NCBI GenBank assembly: GCA_951406725.2
Contig: OX597817.1
Coordinates: 56,730,001 to 56,794,000 of the forward strand
DNA length: 64,000 bases
Direction: 5' to 3'
DNA from: Octopus vulgaris
Lineage: Eukaryota
In this document: positions 26,500-41,394 of the stretch, piece by piece
How the letters are laid out: each line of letters opens with the position of its first letter
Numbering within the stretch: the first letter of the stretch is position 1
Translations under genes and position numbers: made by a program
The notes under the pieces: generated by a model
The model's input: only the letters and a program-made list of their open reading frames with translations
Told to the model about the DNA's origin: nothing
Databases searched by the model: none

Positions 26500-27350
26500 C
26501 TATAGTTGTCGTCGTTTCATTTGCCAATTCATTGATGATCTATTTGTTCATTTGTAATCTTTGTAGTTGCCCCTTCGTATAATATTTTTTTCAGATTCAG
26601 TTACCCTGTATCCAATTGTTTTAACTAAAAATATTTATCTCAATATCGTTTCCCAGAAACCAATTCAGTAACTGGCCTATAATAATTTCTATTTATCTCT
26701 CTGTTGCGTAATCACTCCTATATTTCTTAACTATGTAACCTATAGCTTTTTATGCTTTTGTATTTTATCGCTTATCTATTTGTTGGTGCAAAGTTTGCTT
26801 TATATCTCTTTGCTAACAACGTAATTCTATTGTTCATTATATTTCTTAAATTGTTCTTTCTCTCTGATGTTGTCACAGGAGATGTTTTTGATATTCGCTG
26901 GTTCTTCTATTTTTCATAAATAGGTTTTCTTATTGCACACATGCATGTCATTTTGTATATTCTTTTGTCCTGTTCTTTTTCCAAAGTTGTTTGTCTGTAT
27001 ATCGTTATCTATTGGCTAATCTAATAGGTGTTCTTTCTCTGCATGTCTATTACCTAATTGCATCCTGTATTCCGAAGTAGAGTTCTGTTTTTTCATAGCT
27101 TCTTCATATATTTATCTCTTATTTATTTAGACTGAAGGGTGGGTTCGACCAGAAGATATTGTTCTTGTGTCCTTCTTTCCTTTATGATTCATTTTTCTGG
27201 CTTTAAGTATATATTCTAATATTTCTTTGATGCCACTCACTTTTTTTCTAGTAGATTGGTGCTACTTTGTTCTATTTTGTCTTCTTGGATTTTATTAAGA
27301 TGCACCGGCTTGATAGTTTGTATTTTCCAGGGAAGCATTGTCTATTGATT
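26500..27350 (-). pseudogene. Highly decayed Penelope-like ORF fragment
   Basis: Minus strand NIFWSNPPFSL (~27165-27128; WFNPP motif of some PLEs), then CMC and YIGV (~26724); many stops and frameshifts. Confidence 0.45.
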
Positions 27351-27436
27351 ATCATATCAATATTGCACATGTATATATATTTTTATAGACGTGGGCGTAT
27401 ATATGCACAATATAAACACATACATATATATTATAT

Positions 27437-27533
<97 letters not shown>

Positions 27534-27534
27534 T

Positions 27535-27576
27535 CATTATTTACTATTATTATTATCATTATTATTATCATTATTA

Positions 27577-27625
<49 letters not shown>

Positions 27626-27627
27626 CA

Positions 27628-27658
<31 letters not shown>

Positions 27659-27866
27659 TATCATTATTATTATTGTTGTTGTTATTATTATTGTTATTAT
27701 TATTGTTATTATTATTATTGTTATTATTATTATTATTATTGTTATTATTATTATTGTTATTATTATTATTATTATTGTTATTATTATTATTATTATTTTT
27801 AATTATTATCATTATTATTATCATTATTATTATCATTATTTTTTTATTAACATTCTTTATTATTCC

Positions 27867-27918
<52 letters not shown>

Positions 27919-27930
27919 CATCATTATTAT
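27535..27930. repeat. (ATT)n/(GTT)n microsatellite
   Basis: Direct reading. Confidence 0.95.
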
Positions 27931-28080
27931 AAATACCATTTCTATTTATAAGGTAGTACGATCCGAATGATCCTGGTATAGGCAGTTATCGAGTTTCAAG
28001 CATTTATAGACCTAGATGACAGAAAATGGACAATAAACGATACAATTTAATAACCATCGTATGGAATAAGTGTGTATGTA

Positions 28081-28116
<36 letters not shown>

Positions 28117-28289
28117 TACGTATGTATACATACATATTCATACATATATATATATTTATATGAAATATATATATATATACATACATACTATATGTATGTA
28201 TGTGTGTGTGTGTATGTATGTATGTATGTATAGGATTATAAATGGTGAGAGTAAGAGACACTTTTCAAAGCATGCTTCATTCAGATGAC

Positions 28290-28382
<93 letters not shown>

Positions 28383-28791
28383 TGAAATGTTTGGAGATGT
28401 CATAGTGTGTTTGTTGGTCGGTCAGAAGGACAAATCTTGAACGAACGAAGCGGATGGATGGATGATAGGACGAAGCGTCCAGTTTGGAAATGATCCAAAT
28501 AGATTCTTGGAATATTGATACCAAATCAATGAATTGCATGTCAATGTTGATTAGAATGAGACATTTTGGGTCATTGTTTCAATTAGCCTTTCATTGGAAG
28601 CAAAATCTAGAATGACCTTCGTCCAAACAGTGAGTAACAATGTCTTCAAGTTGGTTTTAGGAAGAATGAAGGCGACACGCGTTGCCCTCGCCATCTTTCT
28701 ATACATTTGCGCTTCTATAATTACATAGTTATGGATATATGTGTGAAGGAGAGGGTGTATATATGTGCACATGTATGTGTATGAGCGCATG

Positions 28792-28837
<46 letters not shown>

Positions 28838-29008
28838 TAGAAAGAGAGACAGAGGGAGATGTATATACTAATATATGTATATGTACATTTATACATATGC
28901 ATGTATGCATATATACATATATATATAGAGACCTGTGTATGTGTTTCTGTGTACGTATGTGCGTGCATATATAAATATTCATGCTTACTCATATTTCTAT
29001 GCATGTAA

Positions 29009-29123
<115 letters not shown>

Positions 29124-29258
29124 CACACATAAGCACACACACGCAGACACACACACATACACGCATATAATATATTCAAACTTGTGCAACTATGTGTGCA
29201 CGTATTTATATGTAATATGTGCATCCTTCTATACGTCTATATAATTTTGTAGATGGAT

Positions 29259-29297
<39 letters not shown>

Positions 29298-29890
29298 AAC
29301 CTGGAGTGAATGAAATTCTATCGGTTGCCAATAACTAAACTCGGCACACCGTCAACAAATGGACTGTATGTCAAATGACAGTTGAGGAGAGCGTAAGACA
29401 AGGGGAAGAATCGATATGAAAAGAGACGAGACCGAAACCAGATATGGCTGCGTGAAATTGAATTAAAATCCGAAAGCGAAGAAGAAGTGAAACTGAGACT
29501 TCGGATATGAATATCGGACAAAGTCAACGGGGGCGGCACAATACCACTGGGTTGAGGAGAAGAAAATATATATAGAGTCACAGATAGAATGTTTACAGCG
29601 AAATCATTTGGGTTGCAGTTCGATTCCTAGTACGAGAGCCCGTCATTTTGCATGTATATATATATCTCTTCTAAACTTTGCACTTGTTTCAGTTATTAGA
29701 CTGCGGCCATGCTGGGGCACCGCCTTGGAGAACGTTTAGTCGAATGAATCGATCCCAGTAGTCACTTTTTTAAAGCTGGCTACGTATTCTATCAGTCTCT
29801 TGGCCGCACCACTAGGTTACACAGTCACACACGCTGGCAGGCACACACACATACGCACACACTCATACACACACACACATTCACATGTAT

Positions 29891-29943
<53 letters not shown>

Positions 29944-29946
<3 letters not shown>

Positions 29947-30241
29947 TTTTATTTGTTTCAGTTATTTGACTGCGGCCATGCTGACGCACCGACTTTAGTC
30001 GACCAAATCGAGCCCAGGACTTATTCTTTATAAGTCTAGTACTTATTCTATCGGTCTCTTTTGCCGAAACGCTAAGTTACGGGGATGTAAACACACCAAA
30101 ATCGGTGAGGAGACAGACACACAAACATATATATATATATATACGACGGGCTTCTTTCAGTTTCCATCTACCAAATTCACTCACAAGGCTTTGGTCGGCC
30201 TGAGGCTATAGCACAAGACACTTGCCCAAGATGCCACGCAG
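29944..30241 (-). mobile_element. SINE family B, 5'-truncated (another partial at ~29680-29820)
   Basis: Matches 17244-17590. Confidence 0.82.
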
Positions 30242-30749
30242 CATTTTATCCACTATTGTGTAACAACCCGCATATTTCCTCCAGTCGATTGTAGAAGCAG
30301 TACTTATATTCTTGTGTTAACCATTAATCTCAGTCCTTGTTATCCAAAAACATCGGTGCTCTGAAGTTACGTTCCTGTCCATGAATATCAAAGGCCTCGA
30401 TCTCACTGATCCCAAGAAACCATTCGTACAATCCCTTCTTCAAGGACAAACTAATATTATTTTCAATCCACTTATTCATTTGTGCTTTTTATTATAATAT
30501 TTCATACATTAGCTAAGCTGTCTTTTGCGGAACATATTCTACCTCGAAAATCTTTGGTTTTTATCATTTTTTTTCTATTCAGTCTTTGGTATTCATTGTT
30601 AAAGAAGATACAGTTTTGTTTCATTGGCTTTCTCATTCATCAACGTGTATTATTTCAGCCCCTACCCTCACTCCCACCCCTGCCTATTCGGGTCTACTTC
30701 ACTTTTCTTAAAGGCTTTCTACATTAACTATTATATATCTCTTACTTAA

Positions 30750-31190
30750 GGCGGCGAGCTGACAAAAACGTTAGCACGTCGGACGAAGTGTCTAGCGGTA
30801 TTTCGTCTGCCGTTACGTTCTGAGTTCAAATTCCACTGAGGTCGAGTTTGCCTTTTACCCTTTCGGCCATACTAGAGCACCACCTTGAAGAAGTTTTGTC
30901 GATCGATTCGACATCGGCACTTATTTTTTAGGCGTGGTACTTATTCTATCGGTTTATATTGCTGATAGTTACGGGACATAAACACACCAACACCAGTTGT
31001 CAAGAGGTGGTGGAGGACAAACACAGACACACACACATAGATATATACATATATACAACGGGCTTCTTTCAGTTTCCGTCTACCAAATCCACTCACAAGG
31101 CTTTGGTCGGCCTGAGGCTATAGTAGAAGACACTTGCCCAAAGTGACACACAGTGGGACCCAACCCGGAACCATGTGGTTGGGAAGCAAG
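30750..31190. mobile_element. SINE A 5' half (+, 30750-30864) fused to SINE B (-, 30865-31190)
   Basis: GGCGGCGAGCTGAC head runs directly into GGCCATACTAGAGCACC of family B. Confidence 0.8.
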
Positions 31191-31247
31191 ACAGCAAATA
31201 CAGATACAAAATCACATATGCGTAGATACATACATACACATACATAG

Positions 31248-31300
<53 letters not shown>

Positions 31301-31303
<3 letters not shown>

Positions 31304-31533
31304 GTTGTTCAAAAAGGCTCTCCGCAGGAAGTATTTAATGGTTTTCGGGCGATTCTTGTACGTTGATCTTTTACTTGCTTCCCAGAGAAAAAAGTCTGGT
31401 GGTGTTTAATCAGGTGATCTTGGCGGCTAAAATCCCTTCAAAATAATCCGTTCACCGAAAAACACTTGAAGTAGCGGCATGGTGATATGCAGGATGAAAA
31501 AACTCACTACAAAGAGACTTTTTGAACACCTTG
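31301..31533 (-). mobile_element. Tc1/mariner-superfamily deletion derivative (MITE-sized)
   Basis: Imperfect TIRs CAGGTTGTTCAAAAAG / CTTTTTGAACACCTTG with TA flanks. The internal minus strand reads PPRSPD*TPPDFFLW (WPPRSPDLTPxDFFLW motif). Confidence 0.7.
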
Positions 31534-31535
31534 TA

Positions 31536-31698
31536 TATACGACGGGTTTCTTTCAGTTTCCATCTAGCAAATCCACTCACACGGATTTGATCGGCCCAAT
31601 TCTATAGTAGAAGATACTTGTCCTAAGTGCCACGCAGTGAGACTGAACCCAGAATCGTGCGGTTGGAAAGCAAACTTCTTACCACACAGCCACGCCTG
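31536..31698 (-). mobile_element. SINE family B 5' part
   Basis: Matches the head of the other B copies. Confidence 0.78.
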
Positions 31699-32403
31699 TC
31701 ATATACTAATCGACTGCTTTGAGATTTCTCTTCATAGCCACAAAGTATTTCAGCCCCGCAACAGTTATTGATAATCGTCAAAGTTCGGGAGAAGCCCACA
31801 TCTGAAGTGGTGCTACTGTTACTGCTGCTGCTGCAGCTGCTGTTCTTGCTGTTTCTGCTGCTGCTGCTGCTGCACCACATGTACCACGTAGACAACATCT
31901 AGAAAGGATCCCTCTGACAAATTAACATAAAGTCATTCACAGACGTCCTCCATCCTCCAGGTTTTAGCTCGCTCTTCTTTCTGGCTTTTCTACCGCTACT
32001 TTAATACTATTTGGTCTTCAGAGCTGACTCAGCCATATCACCATTCCCCTCAGGCCCTCCTATCTCACTCATCTTTTCACCTCCAACTATCCTATTTAAA
32101 TCTGTTGTAAAGCTGTCTTTTGCCATTGTTGTATCTGTCTTTTGACGACGGTTGTCGCTCTGACAGACGTTGTTATATTCCGAAGTCGTCGGCAAAATGG
32201 TTCTATCTGGCATTTTTGACCCCCAGTCGTACACTGTTATTATCCTCAAAAGGTTGGATCGTTATAACGTCCACTCAGCATCACAGTATAATTAATATAT
32301 CAGCACAGACACGACTATCAACACAGTCTACACCTACCCTCGACCTTCCTGAGCTTCTACTCTCGACTGGATACTAGTCTATTTATAATAGTCTATTAAT
32401 AAT

Positions 32404-32758
32404 CGCCGGGCGAAATGCTTAGCAGTATTTCGTCTGCCATTACGTTCTGAGTTCAAATTCCGCCGAGGTCGACTTTGCCTTTCATCCTTTCGAGGTCGAT
32501 TAAATAAGTACCAGTAACGCACTGGGGTCGATATAATCGACTTAATCCGTTTGTCTGTCCTTGTTTGTCCTCTCTGTGTTTAGCCCCTTGTGGGTAGTAA
32601 AGAAATAGGTATTTCATCTGTCAATTCCGCCGTGGTCGACTTTGCCTTTCATCCTTTCGGGAGTCAATAAATTAAGTACCAGTTGCGTACTGGTGTCGAT
32701 CTAATCGACTGGCACCCTGCCCAAAAGATTCCAGGCCTTGTGCCTAGAGTAGAAACGA
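32404..32758 (+). mobile_element. SINE family A (dimeric arrangement)
   Basis: Body plus tail, then a second AATTCCGCCGTGGTCGACTTTGCC unit. Confidence 0.85.
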
Positions 32759-33069
32759 ATTTTGTTCTCTGTAGAATTCCATTCTATTTTCAAAAACATT
32801 TTGAAGTATTTTATTATATCTCGTTTCGAATCGATTCATCTCTTCTGTTTTTACACCATTTTGTTTTTTATTTAATATTTTTTATCTGTCTGCCTGTCGG
32901 CCTGTCTGTCTGTCTGTCGATCACTGTATATTTCCTTATCTATCGATCAAGCTATCTATTTATTTATCTATCTATCTATTGAAATCCCGCCAAGGTGTCA
33001 CCTAACTTAGTGCCTTCCAAAGTTGATAAGATAAGCACCATTTGTTGTTGTTTTCGTTATGTTGTTGTT

Positions 33070-33300
33070 GTTTAGCTCTACATCAGTTTTGGTCGAGAAG
33101 TTCTAAGAACAAAGATATTCCATCTGTGACCATCACGTCCTATTCTAGTTTACGGAAACCTAGGACGACATTGTCCAACATTTCCTTTTTCTTAGTCGAT
33201 AGGATGTGATTCGAAAGACATTTAACTGCTACGCCTAGTAAATTGAACCACCACATGTGCGCTGGTTGCTTCTTCGAATAGATACCAGTAATATACTGAG
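33070..33300 (+). mobile_element. Old interspersed repeat family D (also ~22095-22265, ~37160-37345, ~55468-55530 and reversed ~55620-55765)
   Basis: Shared motifs TTTAGC..., AAAG.TAT.CCATCTGTGACC and GCTATTTCTAGCA. Confidence 0.6.
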
Positions 33301-33654
33301 ACTAATTCATTCAACTAAATTATTCTTGCTTCACTTCCGACTTTCTGCTTCGTGTGAGAAATGTTTATTCCTACCTTTGACAAAAAAGGAGCGGCGAGAA
33401 GTCTTATACATATCAACACTTTTACTCACCTGTATCTATATTCAACTCAAGTGATTCTGTCTGTATGTCGCTCACCTAACTGTCCATTAATCTCTCAATT
33501 ATTCTCAGTCAATCAGTCAATCTATCTATCTATCTATCCATCCGTCTATCTACCTATCTGTCTATCTTCGGTCTGTCTATTACTCTCCATCAAACAATCT
33601 GTCTATCTCTCTCACTCTTTTCCTCTCTTTCTCTCTCTCTCTTTTCTCTCTCTG

Positions 33655-33743
<89 letters not shown>

Positions 33744-33856
33744 TTATTTGTCTCTGTGCCTGTCTGTATCTCTATCCGTCTAAATAACAATCTATTGATC
33801 TATCAATCTGTATATTATTCTCTACCAATCTGTCTATCTGCCTGCCTTCCTGTCTG

Positions 33857-33941
<85 letters not shown>

Positions 33942-34753
33942 CTCAATCGTCGATCTTTCCATTTGTCTCTCAGTGTAGCTTTCTATCAATCTATCAAGCT
34001 TGCTATCCATCTATCTATCTGTCTATTTATCTATATCTATATCCATCTATTCATATCCATCTATCTGTCTTTGTAACTATCTAGCACTCTATCAATCTGT
34101 CTGTCAACGTATTCCTCTATCAATCTATCAATCTCTCAGTGTATTAATCTATCAATCTTTCTACCTGTGTCTTTATTACTCTCTACAAATCAGTCTATTT
34201 TTCATTCAGTATATCTATTTATCTTTCACTCTATGGTTCTATCTATCCATTAGTCTCTCTATTACTCTTTGTCCCTCTCTCATCTTCTCCTCTCCCTCTC
34301 TCTCTCAGTCAGCCTATGTTTCATTCATTTTGTCTGTCTATATGTCTGTCTGTCTGTCTGTCTGTCTATACATGTGTGTTATGTATTTTTCTGTATGCTT
34401 ATTGGCTGGCTGGCCGGCCAGTCGCCCGGTCGGTTTGATGTGGCTGACCTCTGCGTGTATTTGCTAAGATTACATCCTAATTAGGTGAAAGGTCACACAT
34501 AAAAATGGACACATTCACAGGGAAAGAAGAAAACGAGAAAACGAGAAAACGAGAAAATGGCGTCTTTTATTCAACGAGAATAGATGCCGCACAACTGACT
34601 CCAGTACATTTGTGTATGTGTGTGTGAATGAGTAGGGGGGCTGTGTGTGGCTGTGTGTGCGTGTGTATACGTTTATATATACATATACATATACACACAA
34701 CTATATACCTACATGTATATATGAATAGATATACATACACACACATTTCACAC

Positions 34754-34791
<38 letters not shown>

Positions 34792-35149
34792 GTATAGACG
34801 TGTGTGGATACATACACACACACACACACACACACTCATGCGCGTGTATCTATCTCTTTATGTGTGAGGATGTATGCATGTGTCTATAAACACGCGCACA
34901 CACACACACATACATACAGAGGCAAATAATATTCAGAGTGCGTATGTACCTGCTATTTCCTTGTTTATTCCTATGCATTTATGTGAAGCTGAATATAGGT
35001 GTGTATGAGCGTGTGTTTGTGTGTGTTTGTGCATAAGTGAAGGAATGCATGTATGTATATCTACACACGTAGATACGCACATCCACGCACACTCATTGCA
35101 ATGCTCGCAGAAACATACACACGCACAACACGCGCATAGAGATAGATAC

Positions 35150-35949
35150 GTACGTATGTATGTATGTATGCAAGTATGTATGTATATAGGAATGTTTGTA
35201 TTTATATGTGTGTATGAATGTATGTATGTGTATGCATGTATGTGTGTATGTATGTATGCATGTATGTATGTATGTATGTACGCATGTGTGTATGTATGCA
35301 AGTATGTATGTATGTATATAGGAATGTATATATATATGTGTGTATGAATGTATGTATGTGTATACATGTATGTGTGTATGTATGTATGTATGTATGTATG
35401 TATGCATGTATGTGTGTATGTACGCATGTGTGTATGTATGCAAGTATGTATGTATATAGGAATGTATATATGTATATGTGTGTATGAATGTATGTATGTG
35501 TGTATGCATGTATGTGTGTACGTGTGTATGTATGCACGTATGTATGTATGGTTGTATATGTGCATGCATGTCTGGATGTATGTGTGCATGTATGTATGCG
35601 TGTATGCATGCATGTATGTATTTGTATGAATATATGTACATGTGTATATATGCGTGTATGCATGTGTGTATGTATGTATGTGTGCGTATGTGTGCATGTA
35701 TGTGTGTATATATGTGTGTATGTATGTGTATGTATGTGAGTATGTATATGTGTATGTATGAATATATGTGTGTATGTATATGTGCATGTATGTGTATGTA
35801 CGTATGTACGTGCATGCAAATACATTTGTTTCTGATCTTGTTTTGATTCTTTGACGGTGTTTTCGTTGATAGAAGCATACATTCATTCATTCATACATAC
35901 ATACATACATACATACATACATACATACATACATACATACATACATACA

Positions 35950-35983
<34 letters not shown>

Positions 35984-36060
35984 CATACATACATACATTT
36001 ATACATATATTCATTCAACGATACATACATATATGTGTGTGTGTGTGTGTGTTTGTACGT
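35150..36060. repeat. Degenerate (TATG)n followed by (CATA)n simple repeat
   Basis: Direct reading; polarity switches at ~35870. Confidence 0.9.
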
Positions 36061-36179
36061 ATATATATGTGAGTGTTCATATATATATATACACATATAT
36101 GCACATACAGACATACACACGATATATGCCCAGTCTCTTTTTCCCCCATCTTTTGAAAACTAAATCGTTCATTACTTCA

Positions 36180-36220
<41 letters not shown>

Positions 36221-36242
36221 ATATATACATATATATATATAC

Positions 36243-36308
<66 letters not shown>

Positions 36309-37019
36309 CTCGGCATACAGTTCCTCTGAAATTTAAAATTACTCTCTTTCTGTTTCATTCCTTTTCTTTCTCTATTTTCATTCAATCACTTTCTTTCTTT
36401 CTTTCTTCCTTGATCACTGCTCTTTCCCACTTCATCACCTCTCTCCCTCCCTTCCTCTCTCTCACTCTCTTTCTTTCTTTCTTCTTTCTCACTCCTCTTC
36501 TTTCATTATAAATCCCCGTCTTTCACCTCGTTCATCCTCACCACCATCCCCACTTTATCCCAACATCCCTCTCTCCTCCCCCATCAAATTTAATCCCCTC
36601 CCATCCGTCTCTCTCCTCCACGTACTTCTCTATCTCATTATAACTGAACAAATCAAAAAGCAGACGACATTATCTGACCACGAAAAGGCTTCTGGGAAAT
36701 ATTGCTTAGCAACACTCTGCATCTTGCCTTTCATTTCTCACTTTTAATGGCTGCTCAGGGAATCTCATCTTGTTATTGTCGCTATTGTTATTGTTGTTAA
36801 AATGGTGGCAGGGTTGGTGGCTGTAATGGTGGTGGTGGTCGTCGTCGTCGTAATGATAGTGGCTGTGATGGTGGTGGTCGTCGTAGTAAAAATGGTAGCG
36901 ACTGTTGTTGTTGCTGTTGTAATCGTTATAGTAGAGGTGGCCATGCTGGAAGTGCTTGTAATTGTTATGATGTAAATAGTCGATGTTTGATGATTGTGGT
37001 TACGGTAGTAATGATAACG

Positions 37020-37092
<73 letters not shown>

Positions 37093-37371
37093 CATTAGTA
37101 GTAGTTGTTGTGGCTTTAATAGTTGTATTACTGTTGTTGTTTATATAGTTGTTGATGCTGTTTAGCTCCAGCTTGGCCGTTATCCATCCAACTTATAATC
37201 ACAAACATTTCAACTGATAATTTCCTGCTTTTATATATTTTTTAAATTAATTTTTACCTTATATACCTTATCATATTATCCAATGTGTGCTTCCTTTTTT
37301 TCCTTTGCGTCTGACTGCTATTTCTAGCAAATCGAGTGACTGCAAAGTGGATTCAGTGGTTGACATTGTTT

Positions 37372-37785
37372 ACTTTTTATCTTTTTATCGTTTCGGTCTT
37401 TAGACTGTGGCCATGCTGGGGCAACGCCTTGAAGAATTTTAGTCGAACGAATTGCCCCCAATACTTTTTTTCGCCTGGTACTTATTCTCTCTGGGACGTA
37501 AACACACCAACACCGGTTGGTAGCCATTTGAGCATGTCCCTTATTGTCTAATATGCGCATCTCTGATCACGAACAGAAGTTGCCGGGTGAAATGCTTAGC
37601 AGTATTTCGTCTGCCATTACGTTCTGAGTTCAAATTCCGCCAAGGTAGACTTTGCCTTTCATCCTTTCGGGATCGATAAAATAAGTACCAGTTACGCACT
37701 GGGATCGATGTAATCGATTTAATACCTTTGTCTGTCCTTGTTTGTCCCCTCTGTGTTTAGCCCCTTGTGGGTAATAAAGAAATAA
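37372..37785. mobile_element. SINE cluster: B 3' part (-), fragment of the 18802 family, SINE A (+, 37582-37785)
   Basis: Matches to other copies in the window. Confidence 0.78.
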
Positions 37786-37844
37786 GAATCTTCAGCAGTG
37801 ATTGCTAAGTATGCATTTGTGACTATGTATGTACTCCTTATGTG

Positions 37845-37892
<48 letters not shown>

Positions 37893-38479
37893 CGTGTGTG
37901 TATATGTGTAAGTTTGTGTACCTGTACTTGTGTGCGTGCGTGTGCGTGCGCATGTGTGTATGGGGGCGTGTGCGCCTGTGTATGTAGGTGCGTGTGTTTG
38001 TCTACAGTGTATGTAATATTTGTGATCGGGAAAGGATTGGGTGGAAGACGGAGACTGGAAACTGAGGTATTTGAAGGAAACAGTCATTGCAGATAACAAG
38101 ACAATTAGATCCGTGAAGAAGGATGAACTGATGAGCTGATAGCGAGGGAGGGGTGGAAGAATGCTAGAACGAGTTGATGAGGAGATGAGATGAGACAGTG
38201 GGAGGTGAAGTGAGGTGAAGTGAAGCTGTGAAGGTGTAAAAATGAGAGGATGGGAGGACATAAATATCTGGATGTGTGGCTGAGTGATGATGAACAAGTG
38301 AAATGAAAAGCAGAGAAGATATTGAACTGAAGACGAATATGGAATGTGTATGAAGAACAGTGAAAGAGGGGAAAGCAAACGGAGAAAGACGTCATTCAAC
38401 TAATAGCCGTACTTGTGAAATAATAATTGCCTGGGTATTCTGTGACCTTCGTTAGGTAGTAGTAGTAGTAGTAGTAGTA

Positions 38480-38546
<67 letters not shown>

Positions 38547-38570
38547 AACCAGCAGCAGCACTAGTAGTAG

Positions 38571-38713
38571 TTTAGCGGTTCGGCACAAGTGACCGATAGC
38601 ATAAATACTGGGCTTACAAAGAATAAGTCCTGGGGTCGATTTCTTCGACTAAAGTCGGTGCTCCAGCATGACCGCAGTCAAAAATGACTGAAACAACTAA
38701 AATAATAAAAGAG
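38571..38713 (+). mobile_element. SINE family B 3' part
   Basis: TTAGCGGTTCGGCA...GGTGCTCCAGCATGACCGCAGTC...ATGACTGAAAC. Confidence 0.8.
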
Positions 38714-38745
38714 TAGAATACACACGCACACACATACATATTAGA

Positions 38746-39034
38746 GTATCACGGTACCGACCATTCTATCCGATGTTGTTATACATCGCTGGCCACAATG
38801 CACTTGGCGGCGTTTTAGCTTTCGAGTGATGCAACATTCCTCCTGGTAGGCCAACATTCCTCCTGGTAGGAAGGCCATTTTGTCACAGGGTTACCCGTTT
38901 GCAGCTGGGTGGGCTATTACAGCCTGGAATGAAGTAATTTACTCAAGAATACAACGTATCGCCCAGTCTGGGAATCGAACATACGATCTAGCGATCGTGA
39001 GTACAGCACCGTAACCACTAGGTCACACACCTTC
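38746..39034 (-). mobile_element. tRNA-derived SINE family E (3' parts also at 42888-42967 and 45063-45180, +)
   Basis: Minus head GGTGTGTGACCTAGTGGTTACGGTG...GTTCGATTCCCAG (A/B boxes). The 3' region CATTGTG.CCAGCGATGT.TA.CAACA is shared with the two + copies. Confidence 0.75.
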
Positions 39035-39070
39035 ACCACCAGACAGACAGACAGACAGACAGACAGACAT

Positions 39071-39239
<169 letters not shown>

Positions 39240-39273
39240 CAGACATACAGACAGACAAATAGACAGACAGGCC

Positions 39274-39335
<62 letters not shown>

Positions 39336-39344
39336 AAGAAAGAT

Positions 39345-39385
<41 letters not shown>

Positions 39386-40239
39386 AATAGATGCATGCAT
39401 GTATGTATGTATCTATCTACTATTGCAACTATCATTCAAAAATATGTGGTCAATAATAAAGTGTTCATTAAAATTGTTAACTGTTGTATGCAACAGAAGC
39501 AGTATCAGTTAAAGATAGCTATATGTGCATCATACTTAAAGCTAATACATCGCAGAAAGATATCTCTGTAGATTCCTCTTAAAGACGTACACTGTTAAAA
39601 AATACAAAATGTATCAGCAGCAGTTGAAAATCGTCCAGTTGTGGTGATATTATTACAAAATGTGCATTTCTGCCTCTTTACGCTTCGTCAGTAGCTAGCA
39701 TCCACTGGCTAAGACAAATCTTGTCAGCACTGGAGTAGGGAAAAGAGAGATTGAGAAATGACTGATTTTGCAATTAGCCGCCCAACAAAATAAAAATTCG
39801 TTATGTGCAACAGAGGCAGTATCAGTTAAAAATAGCAATATGTCTATTATACTTAATGTAGATGACATCTCAATGGCAAATAGTTTATATCAGTTGTTAT
39901 ACACCAGTCACTCTCAAACTAAGTAATACCCTACTTCCCAAAATATTTGTTTAATTTTTGGCCCTCTTCCCTCTCTTTAGAAAAGGAGGAGAGTGTAAAA
40001 TCTAAAAACTATACAATTTTCTCTCATGAGAAGACTCCATAGATTTTACATCCGTATACTTTTCACCAAGGTATTTAAAATGCTTAAAATGGTAGAAATC
40101 ATCCATCTATCTAACCATCTTTTCCATCCAATATTTCTGGGCGGATGGTGCTGTTAGAATCTTCTGTCACCTCCACAGGCTCCGATCAGAATCAATCGTA
40201 ATTACACTTTGCTGTTGAATTTATAAGTGTATGCAACCG

Positions 40240-40500
40240 AGACTATGGGTATTGGTCAAGCAATTTCTCCTTAGTCCATCCTAGTCCTGCCGTCAACTCA
40301 ACTTCAAGAATCGATCGTGCGATCCTGTCCTAACGACATTCTAATCACATGTCCGTAGTCCCGGATTTCTGATCCCTTCAGTTGTGACTCGGCGTGAGGA
40401 GACACCCTGATCTCTGAGCTAAGCACCCTATCGAGTAATGCTACTCCTAATATCGTCCAGAAGAATCTCATTTCCGCCGCTTCTATTTGCAATCGTACAA
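40240..40500 (-). mobile_element. RTE-clade LINE fragment (post-RT region)
   Basis: QIEAAEMRFFWTILGVALLDRVLSSEIR...YGHVIRM matches the RTE pattern EM.F.R.I.G....DR.RNE.IR...WYGHV.RM. Confidence 0.7.
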
Positions 40501-41394
40501 ACTATTTTTATTTAAAAATGGCAGTTTTCCGTCCTCTTTCATAATTCTCAGTCGTCACCGCCAAGAAAACTCTAGGCTAGATTAAAGACTTTATATTTAT
40601 TTTATTTTCAATGCACTTTCACTTTTTGATGAGCAAAGTCTATGAAATGATGTTATAGCCGAGACATAAAAGAAAATATGGCGTCCTATCATTATTCGAT
40701 GGCGCAGACGATACATTTGGATATTATATGAATAGACTGTTAAAGCAAAAAAGATCCTAGGGAAATTAATTTGTGGGGAAATATCAGTTTAATGCATAAA
40801 AAATATATTGATATAAAGAAAGTTCAAACTTAAGAATGAAAACATAAAATAAATGGAAAATTGGAAATAAATATTGTGAGTTTACCAAACAAGATGTGTC
40901 TGGAGAGTAATAATAAACTCTACTGATGAGAGAATAGTTTGGGAACAAAAATACAAGTCATAAATGCATAAAAACAAGAGATCGGAGCAAACATCTTTGA
41001 AATAAATATTGACAGACGACAGCCAGGTTGTAAGTCGAATGTGAGGCAAACTACATGAAACTGTCAACCATTCAAAAGATGAATGCCGAAGACTAATATT
41101 AAAAAAAATACGGTGGAGTAAGAAAGACACACAAACAGATTTTGGTCTTTTGGTCTTTGACTGATTCCAGCCAGTTTGTTGAAGTGGTTTGAGCAGTGGT
41201 TCTCGACCAGGATTCACATGATCCTTGAGGGTCCACATAAGATTTTATTACTAAAATATTTATGCAATAAATCGTTTATACTTCTACAGTACACAAAATA
41301 CTTTAAATATTTTTTTTTTTTTGCAATTCCTAATAATATTTAACTACGAAAATATAAAACGATTTTTAAACATCAAATGGTTATGAGGGTCCAC

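Noticed and set aside
26603-26620. TACCCTGTATCCAATTGT resembling miR-10
   Set aside because: It has indels relative to miR-10, no complementary star arm, and lies in a decayed PLE-like region.
36690-36713. STAT-like TTCTGGGAA next to RFX-like TTGCTTAGCAAC
   Set aside because: Short motifs like these are expected by chance in 64 kb, and there is no independent support.
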